Positions 34,348 through 49,032 of a DNA stretch of 64,000 nt are shown in pieces. The DNA comes from Salpingoeca rosetta (lineage: Eukaryota > Protista > Choanoflagellata). The stretch lies in assembly GCA_033442325.1 (NCBI GenBank), contig JAWQFM010000007.1, positions 1,538,225 to 1,602,224 on the forward strand. Reading direction: 5' to 3'. Position numbers and translations under genes: made by a program. The notes beneath the pieces were generated by a model. It did no database searches. It was not told the DNA's origin and was given only the letters and a program-made list of their open reading frames with translations. Numbering within the stretch: the first letter of the stretch is position 1; the number at the start of each line of letters is the position of its first letter.

Positions 34348-34752
34348 ATGTCACGCCCCATGCTTTTGCAAGCGGTGGTGGTCGCAGACTCCTACAACAA
34401 ACGGTAAGACGCACGGCAACAGCGGTGCAGGGGTGATGCTAATATACACGCAGAAGCATGGACAGCGCTGTACTTGGTATCAGTACAGTTCACTGCGACT
34501 TGCAGCGTTCAGTCGTCTTCACAGCTGTACCTGTGCGCTGACCAAGTGCTTGAACAAACGAGCGCCGGTCATACGCGTTGCACAACTCCACATGTTTGTC
34601 CACGACCTCACCACTCACCATGTGCGGCCTTCCTGGCTCCTCTATACGTGTGTATGTATGTGCATGCGGCTGTTTCTCTCTTTCTGTCTCTGTCTCTCTC
34701 TGTCTCTGTCTGTCTCTCTCTTTCTCCCTCTCTCTCTCGGTCTCTCTCTCTG

Positions 34753-34785
<33 letters not shown>

Positions 34786-35798
34786 TCTCTCTGTACACTT
34801 GTCAAAGGTTTGAGCCGTTGACACAGCAGACGCCACGCGCGCTCCTGCCTTTGTGCAACGTGCCACTCATCGACTATGTGCTGAAGTTTCTCCACTCAAA
34901 TGACATTCAGGACGTCGTCGTTGTCGTGCGAGCTCACGCCGACCAGATCCAAGTATGAACGAAATTAAAGAACAAGCCACATGTCTTGAAGTTGTGCTGC
35001 ACAGTCGTGGACGCCTGCAAATGCGTGTACGCTCATCAAACACTTCATACCTGTGCTATTCAACAGGAGCATTTGGAGCACGCACGCTCGCAGTTCAAGT
35101 CCATGAAGCTCACGTGCGTCGTCAGCCAAGGCAGCCACAACTTTGGTGACGCCCTCCGCGACTTGGAGACGCGCAAAATCATCAACTCACACTTCATCCT
35201 GGTTGGTCGGAACGACGCGCGCGTGCCTCTGTGCCAGGCCGTTGGGGCATAGAAACAAGCATGCGTGTAAAAAAGTGTACATGTGTGTGTGTGTGTGTGT
35301 GTGTGCCATTGCTGTAAGGGTATTGGAGTGTAATCAACAAACAAGCTGGAACGCTGACCATCTGTGCGCGCCGGTGTGTTCAGGTGACGAGCGACATCGT
35401 GTCCAACTATGACCTGCGTCCTGTCATCGAGGAGCACATGTGAGTGGACTGCACCGCACGTGTCATCATCGCCACCATCACCATCATCATCTGCTGGTGC
35501 AAGCACATTCACATGCACGTGTTTAACACACAACACACAACGTACACACAACGTACACACAACGCACACACAGCACACACTCCGCACACAGAGCATACAG
35601 AGCACAGGCCTTCTTTGTGGTTTTGTTCACCTCTTGCTTGCTTTGTGTTGTGTGTCTGCACGTTTGTCACAGTGCGCGTGCGGACAAGGACAAAGACTGC
35701 CTGATGACAATGCTCATGACGCAGTGCGATCACGAGCATCCAGTGCGCAGCATCGAGGAGGACACGTTTGTTGTGGTGGACTCTGAGGACAACAGGTG

Positions 35799-35843
<45 letters not shown>

Positions 35844-38800
35844 GTGTTTGATTGTGTGTGATTGTGTGTGACTGTGTGTGCTTTTGTGTGCTTTTGTAGG
35901 AGGCGGTCGTCTGTGTGCATCCGTCCGTGTGCATGTGCGCGTGGCTGTGTGCGTATCCGTGTGCCTGTGGTTTTATGTCTCTGTTACTCTCTGTGCGCAT
36001 CCGTTCGTGTGTGTGTGTGTGTTGTCGGGTTGGTTGTGCCTGCAGACTGCTGATGGGTTGCAATCATGCGGCCTTGCCTGTAATGTGTACACTTGTTTGC
36101 TGTTCTTCTTGGTACTGCTGCTACACACTGAATGCTGACTGCTGACTGCTGACTGCTGAACGCGTGCACAGGCTGCTGTACCTGGATAGCCCCGAAGACG
36201 GCCACATCCGCGTTCCCTTGGTGCGTGTGTGTGCATGTGTACCTGTGGATGTGCACATGTGTGAATGGATGTGCATGTGTGCACAAGAACATGTGCATGT
36301 GTGTGTGTGCATGTGCATGTGTGCACAAGAACATGTGCATATGCATGTGTGCGTGTACGTGTGCCTGATTTTGTTGTACACATGCGTTGCATGTTATACT
36401 TTTGTGTGTTTCCTGGTGTCAGGATCGTGTGATGGAGCGAAAGCAGGTGCAGCTGCGGTACGACTTGGTACAGAGCCACATCTTCATCTGCACTCCGCTG
36501 GTGAGCTGCTCTGGCTTTTGCATTTTCATTGTGTGACAGCATGTACACTGTCAGTGGCTGCCGATTGTTGGTATTGTATCATTGTGCATGTGTGGTATAC
36601 GACGAGGCATGCTGCGTGTCGTGTTTGGATTGTAGCTGACATGCAATGTGCGCTATGTACGTGTGTGCGTGTGTGTGTGCGCAATATGTGTGTGTGTGTG
36701 TGTGCGTGCATGTGCTCTTTTGTGCATGAGCAGATGCTGATGCAGTTCCATGACAACTTTGACTACGCGAGCGTGTTTGATCTGATCCGCGGCGTCATCG
36801 ACAACGAAGACGTCAGTGATAGCCGTTGCTGATTCGTTTGTGCTGCGTGTGCTGTGTGCTGCGTGTGTGTGTGTGCTGCGTGCGCGCGCGCGTGTGTGTG
36901 TGGATACTTCATGAGCACTTGCATGTGTCCTCTGTCCCTGTCTGTCATTTTGTGGTGCGCGACACGTCTGCGAGTTTGCTCAGTACGCCTGATTGACGTG
37001 CCGTTGACATGCCACCACGTGGATGCACACTGTGCAGATTGTTGGGTACAAGATCCACACGGCTGTGTCGCCCAAGTTCTATGCGACGCGGTGCGCAAAC
37101 CTGACGTCGTAGGATGCGATGACGCAAGATCTGATGAACCGGTGGACGTATCCGCTTGTGCCCGATATGTTTGCGCCGAGCCACGATGAGCTGTACCAGT
37201 ACAAGCGCAGCAACATCTATCTCCAGCCAGGCTGCATCCTTGGCAGGTGCGTGCATGTGTGTGTGTGTGTGTGATTGGTGGGTGTCGGGGTGTCTGCGGG
37301 TGTGATTGGTGGGTGTCAGGGTGTCTGCGGGTGTGTGCGCATGGGTGTGCATGCCATTTCTTGCTGTTGCTGAGTTCGGTTGTGAGGTGTTGCAGTTGGG
37401 ATATTTTTGATGCGGGCACATTGGCTCGCGTGCGCGCTCATGTTTGTGGACTACACTTGCGCTCACTCACTCACCTACACACTCACTCACGTGCTCCTTC
37501 TCTATGCTGGTTGTGATGCTGGTGATGTGTCACACGCACTCATGCAATTATCTGCTTATATCCCATCGTATGTGTGTTTGACTTTTGTGTGTGTGTGTGT
37601 GTGTGTGTTTGCCTTTTGTGTGTGTGTATGTGTGTGTGTGTGTGCTCATAGACGGTGCAAGCTGCTTGGGTCGGTTGTGCTTGGGCCGGGGTGTGTTGTT
37701 GGCGAAGGGGATGGGGCAGAGACGACGCTTCGCGGCACAGTGCTTGGCAGGAACTGCACCGTCGGTGCGTGATGTCACGCCACACATGCACGTGTACTCA
37801 GTGTCACTGTGTGTTGGTGGACACGTTGTGCTGCTGGATTGCCAACTTGATTGCGTGCGTGTCGCTGTGACTGGGTCCGTGTTTGTTGCTGTGACTGGTT
37901 GTGTGCATACCAGTTTTAACCTGTGTGTGTGTGTGTGTGTGCGTTGTGTGCGTTGTGTGCGCGCTGTGTGCGTTGTGTGCGTTGTGTGTGCGCTGTGTGC
38001 TTGTTGAACAGGGTGCGGTGTGCGCCTGCGCAATGCATATGTGCTGGATGGGAGCACCATTGGCAACAACTGCAGCGTGGACCACGTGGGTTGCTTGCGC
38101 AGTGCTTTACTTTTGATGGAGGCCTGCTCCTTATGTGCTCTTGTGTTTGTGTACGTGCTTGTGGTCGTGCCGATATGCGAGCACATTGCATCTTGCGTTG
38201 TAGCTGTGCGTGTATGCATGGAATCTGGTCGTTTGGACGTGCACCAGCTGATGCTGGGCTTGAGATGCTGGTGTGTGACACGTGTGCAGGCGCTGATTGG
38301 ACGCAACGTGAAGATCTGTGACGGCGTGGTGATTCCACACGGCTGTGTCATCGACGACGGCGTATGTTCACTTTGCAGTGCCGTGCGTTTAATTTTGGTG
38401 CATTTACCTCTGCTACTCGATTGTCTCCGTACTTTGTGTTCTCTTGCGCACATGGATACGCCTTGTCAGGGGCAAGTGCATGAGCGTCTTGTTGTTGCTC
38501 AACGTTTGATTGCATCCTGGCTGCGTTTCAGGTTGAAATTGGCCCCAACATCACGCTTCCAAAACACATCCGCGTCTCCCTCACTCGTTCCGAGGTGGGT
38601 GGGTGTGGGTGTGTGCTTGTTTGTGTGTTCGTGTGGATAGGGGTGTGTGTGGGTGTGTGCTTGATTGTGTGTTCGTGTGGGTTTATGTGAGGGTGTATCG
38701 CCAGTAATACGATGCACCATCAGCCTGAACGTCTCGCCTCTCACGCCCCCCCCCCCATTGCGCGTGCTTCTGTCATTGCAGCCACTGCACAATGAGCCTG

Positions 38801-40423
38801 AACCGTTGGAGATTTTTGCAGACGAAGCGCTTGTGTTCAGGCCGCGTGATCTTACGGCCTTGCCCGAAGTCACCGAAGACGAAGAAGAGGAGACGGACGA
38901 CGTTGAAGACGCTGAAGAGGAGCTGTTCGATGGCGACCTGGAAGCGGAGCCGGAGTCCGGAACCGGCATGGAGGACACCCTCGCACCTGACGAGAGCGAC
39001 CAAGCTGATGAAGACAACGCGGGTGATGGGGAGGAAGAGGAGGATGAGGAGGAAGCGGGCGAGGGGTCGACGGAGGACACGGAGCAGCAGGAAGAGAGTG
39101 AGCAGTATGATGTTGAGTTTGTCGGTGAGGCCGGTCGCGGATTTCGGTTCATTCTTCGACCAGATTTTGAGGACTCCGTGGAGGCCATGTACTGGAAAGG
39201 TACAATCCACACACGCACGCACACACACGCACACACACACGCACGCACACACACGCACACACACACACACAATGTTGTACGATATGCACTGCGGACAAGC
39301 ACTTCACTCCTCACGGCAACTTCACCTGCACCGACTGCTCACGCAATCCCCTATGCTCGTGTCACCTTGAATCCCACCACCCACTGCTTGTGTCCGTGTA
39401 CCTCACCACCTCATCCCCCTCGCTCCCTGCCTTGCTGGATAACATGTGTGTTTATCAGAACCAAAGAGGGCACCACCGCCTCCCGCCGTGTTCCCATCCG
39501 CCCTCACGCGCGCCATGTCGCTGTCGTCCGAGCTGCCAGAGTCACCCGAAGACGAGGACGTGGACAGCCTTCTTGGCGACGCAGATGTCGTTGAACCGCT
39601 GATTGATCTTGACCAGGAGTTTGAAGGTCAGCACACGTGTCTTTGTCTTGTGTCTTGCGCCGATGCAGATGATGCAAACATGTGTTGCGGTGCCGCAACA
39701 ATGATCGCACCCTGCGTGCTTCCGTTCGAAGCCATGCCTTTTTGTGCACATGTGTGCGTGCATGCATGTGTGTATGTGTGCGCGTGTGTGTATACGGGTG
39801 AGTTTGTGGACGTGTGTTTGTCATTGCATGTTGTGTGATCTGCCTGCTCAGTGCTGACCGCTGTCATCTCCTTTGCCTGGACACCACCCTCCAGAGTTCT
39901 ACTCTGATGTGCTTGAGCTGATCCAGCAGCGTGTCAAGCCGGACAACGTGAAGGGTGCGCCGTTTTCGGCCATCCAAGTCGAGATTACGGGCTCCCGCGC
40001 AGGTACGCGCGCATGCTCTGTGCGTGTGTATGTCTGCGTGTATGTCTGCGTGTGTGTGTATGCGTGTGTGTGCATGTGTGTGTGTGTGTGCATGTGGCGT
40101 AGTGCTTCACTCACTCGCTTTTCGTTTTGCGTTTCACTTTGTGTTTTGATGATTTGCATGATTGCCTTTATGCCAGCACACAACATGGATCACAGCGACG
40201 TGTGCTGTGCCATTGTGCGCGCCATCATCACGAGGTAAGCGCTGCGTCACAGCATCCTGTTGCATGTGTGTGTGTGTGTGCTCTCGGGTGGATTTCTCTT
40301 TCTCAAGAACCAACTCACGCACATGCGCTGTGTTGTGCTGTGCTTTGTGCTCGTGCCACCGACTGTGCAGTGCGGACCGTGTTCCGCGTGCGAAGTGTGA
40401 GCGGTATCTTGCGCAGGTAATAA

Positions 40424-40454
<31 letters not shown>

Positions 40455-41767
40455 GAGTAGCTGTTGTGGGGCACGTGTTGTTGAATACTTGTTGGTTGTT
40501 GTGTGGACAGGGGAGAGTGATGGTGTTATTGCTGTGGGTACATTCTGGATGAGCGGGGCGTTGGTGGCTCGCTTGTTTTGTGCGCACATACACACACGCA
40601 CACGCACACTGGCTTGAGCCTTTGACGTGTCTTTGGTTGTCCTGCTTCACCTCGCCTCACCTTGTGTTGCTTTTGTCTTGCGTTGTGTGATTGCAGCTGA
40701 CTGCTGCCATGTCGCCATTCCTGCAAAACTACGTGGAGACGGACATGGACCAGCACGTGTGCATCGAGAATCTCATGGTAAGATGGAATGTGTGTCTTCA
40801 CACGGTGTTGTGTGTCTGTGTGTGTCTGTGTCTGTGTGTGCACGTGTGTGTGTGCACGCGCGTTCGCTTGCTTTGGGCTGCCGTGGAAAACAAGAATTTG
40901 TTCTCATGACCGCACCCCGCCCGTTGCCGCTTGTGCTGTGATCACAGGAGTTTTGCTTGGACAACGACAAGGCCAGGCCCTGCTTTCAGACCTTGCTGTA
41001 CACCCTGTATGACAAGGAAGTGCTTGACGAGGACGCCATCTTGCAGTGGTGCGTTTCTTGTAATGTCGTGTACGCGTTTGTTGTGCGGGTCGTGAACGTG
41101 TGCGTGTGTGCGCGATGACAACGTCCGCAGTAATGTGCGGGCCACCGTTCCAACCCCTTCTTCCTGGATGTCAACATGCCGAGTTTTCGGGGGCTTGCTG
41201 GCCTTTGCTTCGTGTTTTGTTGTGTTTTCTTTGCTGAGGCGCGATCCAAACAGTGCTCGCGCACGCACGCACGCGCACGCACGCATGCACACTGACACAC
41301 GCATGCACACACGCGCCACCTTCAAAGTTCTCATCCGCCCTGTGCTTGCCTGCGACCCAGGTTCCGGGGTTACCACCCAGGCGAAGGTGCTGAGCGCCCG
41401 CAGGCGCACATCTATGAGCAGGTAGGTCTGTACGCGTGTTCTGTTCTTCTTAGTGTTTCACTCGCTGCCATCGCGTCTTTGTGAGTGCTCCCGACTTGGG
41501 CGCCTGTCATTATGACGACACGCTGCTCACTGGTGTGTCTCCCTTGTCTCGCTCTGCGTTGTCATTGCACCGTGTGATGAAAAGGCGCGGCGATTCGTCA
41601 AGTGGCTCGAAGAGGCTGAGGAAGAGGATGACGATGATGTTGACGATGATGAAAATGATGCTGAAGAGGCGCTTGCCGCGAGCAAGAGCCGTCATCGTGG
41701 TGATGATGATGGCGATGATGAAGACTCACAGGAACACAGTGTGTCTGGGGGGTGCGAGGAAGAGTAA
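34348..41767 (+). CDS. EIF2B5: Translation initiation factor eIF2B epsilon, copy 1; in-frame TAG at 37110-37112, possible pseudogene
   Basis: [52 protein letters not shown], left-handed beta-helix hexapeptides, W2 domain [15 protein letters not shown] and [11 protein letters not shown]. Confidence 0.8.
35384..38361 (+). repeat. Near-identical duplicated tract A (partner about 44125-47142)
   Basis: Exons and introns match almost base for base at an offset of about 8730-8780 nt. Confidence 0.92.
39745..40770 (+). repeat. Near-identical duplicated tract B (partner about 48323-49348)
   Basis: Identical ORF translations at an offset of 8578 nt, e.g. 39873..40238 versus 48451..48816. Confidence 0.92.
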
Positions 41768-43072
41768 CGACGCGCGCATCGCATGATTGTTGTGGTTGAG
41801 TCATGGGCGTTTCCTGTCGTTGTGTACTGGTCCTATCATGGCACCGCCTGTTCGTGCCCAGGCCTCCCCGCGCCCGATGAACTGGGCTGATCTTGCATGG
41901 TGAACCCAAGCATACACCCATCAGTGGAGGGATGTTCCATGAAACAGCTTATTATGCCCGTGCTTTCTGCTGCTTCCCCTAACTCTCTTATCGGTCGCGT
42001 ACCTGAACTGAAGCCTTAATGCGCCATGTACTTGACGACACGCACTGTTTTGTTTGCCTGTATTGGTTCTTCGTGGTTTCATACAAGTAAAATCATACAC
42101 GATAGCGGTGTTATTGGCTCACGTGTCGTGCTGAGACCTGCATGGCTGGCTGTTGTGTGGCGGTTTTGGCCAATGGACTGGGGGTAGCATGAGTATCATG
42201 TGACGTATTGGAGGCAGGCTTCGCGTGTAAAGGGGAGTGCCTCGCTAACCTGGTTTTAGAAGACACTTCCGGTCATTCAAGCACTTACGGTGATTGGAGT
42301 TTCAAAGACAGTGCTGACAAAGGCTCTCTCGTCACAACGATGAAGCCTTTCTCCTTCCTCTGCGTTCTCTTCTAGACGAGGCGCGAGTGGTTTGTTTTGT
42401 TAGAGATGACACTGTACTACAGTATCCCCACAATAGAACAACAAAGGACAACAGGCGCAGTGGAGCAGCACGTGCAGGCCATTCCCCTCGCTTTAAAGTT
42501 CACTAGCACTTCTGCAGTGCACTCTGCCGTACAACGACAGCATTGTCACAACACTCTTCTCCACGCTTGTCCTATCTTTGATTCTGCTTGCAAGCACTGA
42601 AGCAACCTGAAACACTGACAGATGATAGCCGAGCGAGGGGAGCGGCAGCACCCGCGTAGACAGCCAAAGAAGAGAGTTCACCGGATAGAGGACAACAAAG
42701 CGAACCAAACATGATAAGAACAACACTACGACAGAAGAAGAAAGGAAGAAGAGCCGAAGAGAGGAAGAGAAGAACAGAACCCATACATAACATTTGCAGA
42801 AGAGCGCGGCATGAACACTATACCTTGTTCCTACAGGAAAAAACACGCAAAATGTTGCGAATATTCGTCGACCAAGAAGAAGAACACGCAGAACACTGTC
42901 GCATTTCCACAACCACTGCCGCACCTTGCACGAGAGCTTGAGCCAGAAGGTGCACCTCCTCGTCGTCGTCGTCGTCGTACAAAGAAACACCCACGGCAGA
43001 GGCCGAAGCAAACGAGGGAACAAGAAGACACCGGGTGGGAGCGGACGCACCAGGAACCAAGAGCCAGCAACC

Positions 43073-44528
43073 ATGCAGGCCGTTGTCGTCGCAGACTCAT
43101 ATAACAGACGGTAAGCGACATGCAGGAACACGTCCCCATCGTGTGTGCGTGTGTGCAACGCTGAGGTGTTTGGTGGTCTGTGTGTGCTGTTTTGCTTCGT
43201 GATGGTTGTCGTTGCTCGTGCGTATGCTCGTCTCTGACGGCTCTGTTTTGACAACAAACCGTGTGCATGTGCACCCTCGGTGGGGTGCGCACCTCTTTGA
43301 CGTTCGTTGACTGCAAACACCCACGCCCATGCCCCCCACAACCACATCTCACCATTTGTGGTTTATTGTGCGCACTGGCCTTTGAAGGTTCGACCCACTG
43401 ACACAGAAGACGCCACGCACGCTCCTGCCTTTGTGCAACGTGCCGCTCATCGACTATGTGCTGAAGTTTCTCGACTCAAACGGCGTCACAGAGACCTTCG
43501 TGGTGACCCGTACAAACGCCGACAAAATCCACGTGAGTCGATGTTGCACAGCAGTGAACGAGCCACAGGGTCGAAGTTTGGACACACAGTGCGTGTGTGC
43601 GTGTGTGTGCGTGTGTGTGCGTGTGTGTGCGTGTGTGTGCGTGTGTGTGCGTGTGTGTGCGTGTGTGTGCGTGTGTGTGCGTGTGTGTGCGTGTGTGCTG
43701 CGTATGCGCATGCGTGTGTTGGGCAGTGCTCAACAGGGAGTTGAATGCGAGTGTTGCCTGGCAATTACGAGATCAACGCTCACCCTCAATTCGTCTTTGT
43801 TCACATGGACACCCATCACACAAACAGCAACACTTGGAGAGCGTGAGCTCGCAGTTCAAGTCCATGAAGCTCACGTGCGTCGTCAGCCAAGGCAGCCACA
43901 ACTTTGGTGACGCCCTCCGCGACTTGGAGACGCGCAAGCAGATCGACTCACACTTCATCCTGGTGGGTTCCGGGCTCGTTGGCATGCAGTGGAAGTGATG
44001 GGTTATTCAGTGATGGGCTGCTGTCAAGACAAGCTCAGGTGTCTTTGCCGGTGCACGCTACGTGTCGACATCTGACCACTTGCGTTCTGTGCGTTGTATT
44101 TGCTCTGTGCCTACACTGCTTGCAGGTGACGGGCGACATCGTGTCCAACTATGACCTGCGTCCTGTCATCGAGGAGCACATGTGAGTGGACTGCACCGCA
44201 CGTGTCATCACCACCACCACCAGCATCATCATCTGGTGCAAGCACATTCACATGCACGTGTTTAACACGCAACACACAACGTACACACAACGCACACACA
44301 ACGCACACACACCGCACACAGAGCATACAGAGCACAGGCCTTCTTTGTGGTTTTGTTCACCTCTTGCTTGCTTTGTGTCGTGTGTCTGCACGTTTGTCAC
44401 AGTGCGCGTGCGGACAAGGACAAAGACTGCCTGATGACAATGCTCATGACGCAGTGCGATCACGAGCATCCAGTGCGCAGCATCGAGGAGGACACGTTTG
44501 TTGTGGTGGACTCTGAGGACAACAGGTG

Positions 44529-44573
<45 letters not shown>

Positions 44574-47500
44574 GTGTTTGATTGTGTGTGATTGTGTGTG
44601 ACTGTGTGTGCTTTTGTGTGCTTTTGTAGGAGGCGGTCGTCTGTGTGCATCCGTCCGTGTGCATGTGCGCGTGGCTGTGTGCGTATCCGTGTGCCTGTGG
44701 TTTTATGTCTCTGTTACTCTCTGTGCGCATCCGTTCGTGTGTGTGTGTGTGTTGTCGGGTTGGTTGTGCCTGCAGACTGCTGATGGGTTGCAATCATGCG
44801 GCCTTGCCTGTAATGTGTACACTTGTTTGCTGTTCTTCTTGGTACTGCTGCTACACACTGAATGCTGACTGCTGACTGCTGACTGCTGAACGCGTGCACA
44901 GGCTGCTGTACCTGGATAGCCCCGAAGACGGCCACATCCGCGTTCCCTTGGTGCGTGTGTGTGCATGTGTACCTGTGGATGTGCACATGTGTGAATGGAT
45001 GTGCATGTGTGCACAAGAACATGTGCATGTGTGTGTGTGCATGTGCATGTGTGCACAAGAACATGTGCATATGCATGTGTGCGTGTACGTGTGCCTGATT
45101 TTGTTGTACTGGAGTGCGGAGACGTTGATCGATGTGCGCTCACCACACACACACATGCGTTGCATGTTATACTTTTGTGTGTTTCCTGGTGTCAGGATCG
45201 TGTGATGGAGCGAAAGCAGGTGCAGCTGCGGTACGACTTGGTACAGAGCCACATCTTCATCTGCACTCCGCTGGTGAGCTGCTCTGGCTTTTGCATTTTC
45301 ATTGTGTGACAGCATGTACACTGTCAGTGGCTGCCGATTGTTGGTATTGTATCATTGTGCATGTGTGGTATACGACGAGGCATGCTGCGTGTCGTGTTTG
45401 GATTGTAGCTGACATGCAATGTGCGCTATGTACGTGTGTGCGTGTGTGTGTGCGCAATATGTGTGTGTGTGTGTGTGCGTGCATGTGCTCTTTTGTGCAT
45501 GAGCAGATGCTGATGCAGTTCCATGACAACTTTGACTACGCGAGCGTGTTTGATCTGATCCGCGGCGTCATCGACAACGAAGACGTCAGTGATAGCCGTT
45601 GCTGATTCGTTTGTGCTGCGTGTGCTGTGTGCTGCGTGTGTGTGTGCTGCGTGTGTGTGCTGCGTGCGCGCGCGCGTGTGTGTGTGGATACTTCATGAGC
45701 ACTTGCATGTGTCCTCTGTCCCTGTCTGTCATTTTGTGGTGCGCGACACGTCTGCGAGTTTGCTCAGTACGCCTGATTGACGTGCCGTTGACATGCCACC
45801 ACGTGGATGCACACTGTGCAGATTGTTGGGTACAAGATCCACACGGCTGTGTCGCCCAAGTTCTATGCGACGCGGTGCGCAAACCTGACGTCGTACGATG
45901 CGATGACGCAAGATCTGATGAACCGGTGGACGTATCCGCTTGTGCCCGATATGTTTGCGCCGAGCCACGATGAGCTGTACCAGTACAAGCGCAGCAACAT
46001 CTATCTCCAGCCAGGCTGCATCCTTGGCAGGTGCGTGCATGTGTGTGTGTGTGATTGGTGGGTGTCGGGGGTGTCTGCGTGTGTGATTGGTGGGTGTCAG
46101 GGTGTCTGCGGGTGTGTGCGCATGGGTGTGCATGCCATTTCTTGCTGTTGCTGAGTTCGGTTGTGAGGTGTTGCAGTTGGGATATTTTTGATGCGGGCAC
46201 ATTGGCTCGCGTGCGCGCTCATGTTTGTGGACTACACTTGCGCTCACTCACTCACCTACACACTCACTCACGTGCTCCTTCTCTATGCTGGTTGTGATGC
46301 TGGTGATGTGTCACACGCACTCATGCAATTATCTGCTTATATCCCATCGTATGTGTGTTTGACTTTTGTGTGTGTGTGTGTGTGTGTGTTTGCCTTTTGT
46401 GTGTGTGTATGTGTGTGTGTGTGTGCTCATAGACGGTGCAAGCTGCTTGGGTCGGTTGTGCTTGGGCCGGGGTGTGTTGTTGGCGAAGGGGATGGGGCAG
46501 AGACGACGCTTCGCGGCACAGTGCTTGGCAGGAACTGCACCGTCGGTGCGTGATGTCACGCCACACATGCACGTGTACTCAGTGTCACTGTGTGTTGGTG
46601 GACACGTTGTGCTGCTGGATTGCCAACTTGATTGCGTGCGTGTCGCTGTGACTGGGTCCGTGTTTGTTGCTGTGACTGGTTGTGTGCATACCAGTTTTAA
46701 CCTGTGTGTGTGTGTGTGTGTGCGTTGTGTGCGTTGTGTGCGCGCTGTGTGCGTTGTGTGCGTTGTGTGTGCGCTGTGTGCTTGTTGAACAGGGTGCGGT
46801 GTGCGCCTGCGCAATGCATATGTGCTGGATGGGAGCACCATTGGCAACAACTGCAGCGTGGACCACGTGGGTTGCTTGCGCAGTGCTTTACTTTTGATGG
46901 AGGCCTGCTCCTTATGTGCTCTTGTGTTTGTGTACGTGCTTGTGGTCGTGCCGATATGCGAGCACATTGCATCTTGCGTTGTAGCTGTGCGTGTATGCAT
47001 GGAATCTGGTCGTTTGGACGTGCACCAGCTGATGCTGGGCTTGAGATGCTGGTGTGTGACACGTGTGCAGGCGCTGATTGGACGCAACGTGAAGATCTAT
47101 GACGGCGTGGTGATTCCACACGGCTGTGTCATCGACGACGGCGTACGTTCACTTCAATCGTGTTCACCTTTTTCTCCACCGGTCTCGCCTACGTTGATGT
47201 TTGCCGTTGTTGCGCACGTTGTCCTGGAGCTCCGTCCTCCCTTGCCTGTCCCCATCTCACCCCATCACCCCACACCTGTACTCCCACACTATCAGGTTGA
47301 GCTTGGGCCGGACGTCTGCCTGGAGAAGCACATGCGCGTGTCCCTCGAACCCCAGGAGGTATCCACGTCCACCCCGCACGACGCAGAACAAGCGCACTTG
47401 CCTTGATCTCCTCCCCTGCGACAGGCTGCTGTGTTTGTGATTCCTTGGTCTCTTTGTATCAGAGCGCTCTGTTCGCGCTCTCGACAGCCTTCCCGCAATG

Positions 47501-49001
47501 TTGGTTGTCGCTGACACCTCGTTACTGCCACTGATACTGCGACACTGTTTGCTTGCCACCGTGTGTTCGCGCTTCAGGCGAGTGGTGACACCATGGCGGG
47601 CTTTGTTGCGTACAACGAGGAGCACATTGCGCGCCGCCGCCGCCAGCTCAGCGTGCTCTCGGAACGCGACGAGGAAGGCGAGGACGGCCAGCACGATGCA
47701 GCGCACTCGTCTGCAGAGGAGTCTGCTGATGATGCCAGCGAGGGTGCTGCAGAGGGCCACGAGCCCGCACCCCGCCCCCTCAACGCCGCAGGATTTGACC
47801 TGGCGGTGGTTGGCGCACGCGGCCGCGGATACGCGTTTGTGCCCGAGCTCGACTTTGGCGAGGCCGAGGAGAACACGCTCTGGAAAGGTGGGCACGGGGA
47901 AGGGAGAGGATGCATTGCTGGGGAGGATGCACTGTGGTCATGGTGTTTGAGGTGGGAGGACGCATGCTCGGCGCTGGTGCTGGCTGCACCTGCACGGTGT
48001 GTGCCGTGCGTAATTGTGTGTGTGCCCGTGTCTGAAGGTCGTGTGCTGAATGAATATTATCCTCCCGTTCGTATGTGTGCGTGTGTGTGTATTCGTGGAC
48101 GGCAGAGGGCTCGCTTGAGGCTGCGCCCATCTTGTACATCCCGCGGACCATGTCGCGCTCCTCGGAGATTGAGGAAATGCCAAAGGAGGAGGATGAGGAC
48201 CTGGACAGCCTCCTTGGCGAGGACGAGGATGCCGAGCCCTTGATTGACGTCGACGCAGAGTTTGAAGGTCCGCACGTGTGCGTACATGTGTTCGTGTGTA
48301 TGCGTGCATGTGTGTGCGTGCATGTGTATGTGTGCGTGCATGCATGTGTGTATGTGTGCGCGTGTGTGTATACGGGTGAGTTTGTGGACGTGTGTTTGTC
48401 ATTGCATGTTGTGTGATCTGCCTGCTCAGTGCTGACCGCTGTCATCTCCTTTGCCTGGACACCACCCTCCAGAGTTCTACTCTGATGTGCTTGAGCTGAT
48501 CCAGCAGCGTGTCAAGCCGGACAACGTGAAGGGTGCGCCGTTTTCGGCCATCCAAGTCGAGATTACGGGCTCCCGCGCAGGTACGCGCGCATGCTCTGTG
48601 CGTGTGTATGTCTGCGTGTATGTCTGCGTGTGTGTGTATGCGTGTGTGTGCATGTGTGTGTGTGTGTGCATGTGGCGTAGTGCTTCACTCACTCGCTTTT
48701 CGTTTTGCGTTTCACTTTGTGTTTTGATGATTTGCATGATTGCCTTTATGCCAGCACACAACATGGATCACAGCGACGTGTGCTGTGCCATTGTGCGCGC
48801 CATCATCACGAGGTAAGCGCTGCGTCACAGCATCCTGTTGCATGTGTGTGTGTGTGTGCTCTCGGGTGGATTTCTCTTTCTCAAGAACCAACTCACGCAC
48901 ATGCGCTGTGTTGTGCTGTGCTTTGTGCTCGTGCCACCGACTGTGCAGTGCGGACCGTGTTCCGCGTGCGAAGTGTGAGCGGTATCTTGCGCAGGTAATA
49001 A

Positions 49002-49032
<31 letters not shown>

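Noticed and set aside
45109-45152. 43-bp segment present only in eIF2B-epsilon copy 2, possible micro-exon
   Set aside because: The AG..GT-bounded piece is 19 nt and would break frame; the flanking exons already join in phase 0, so it is an intronic indel.
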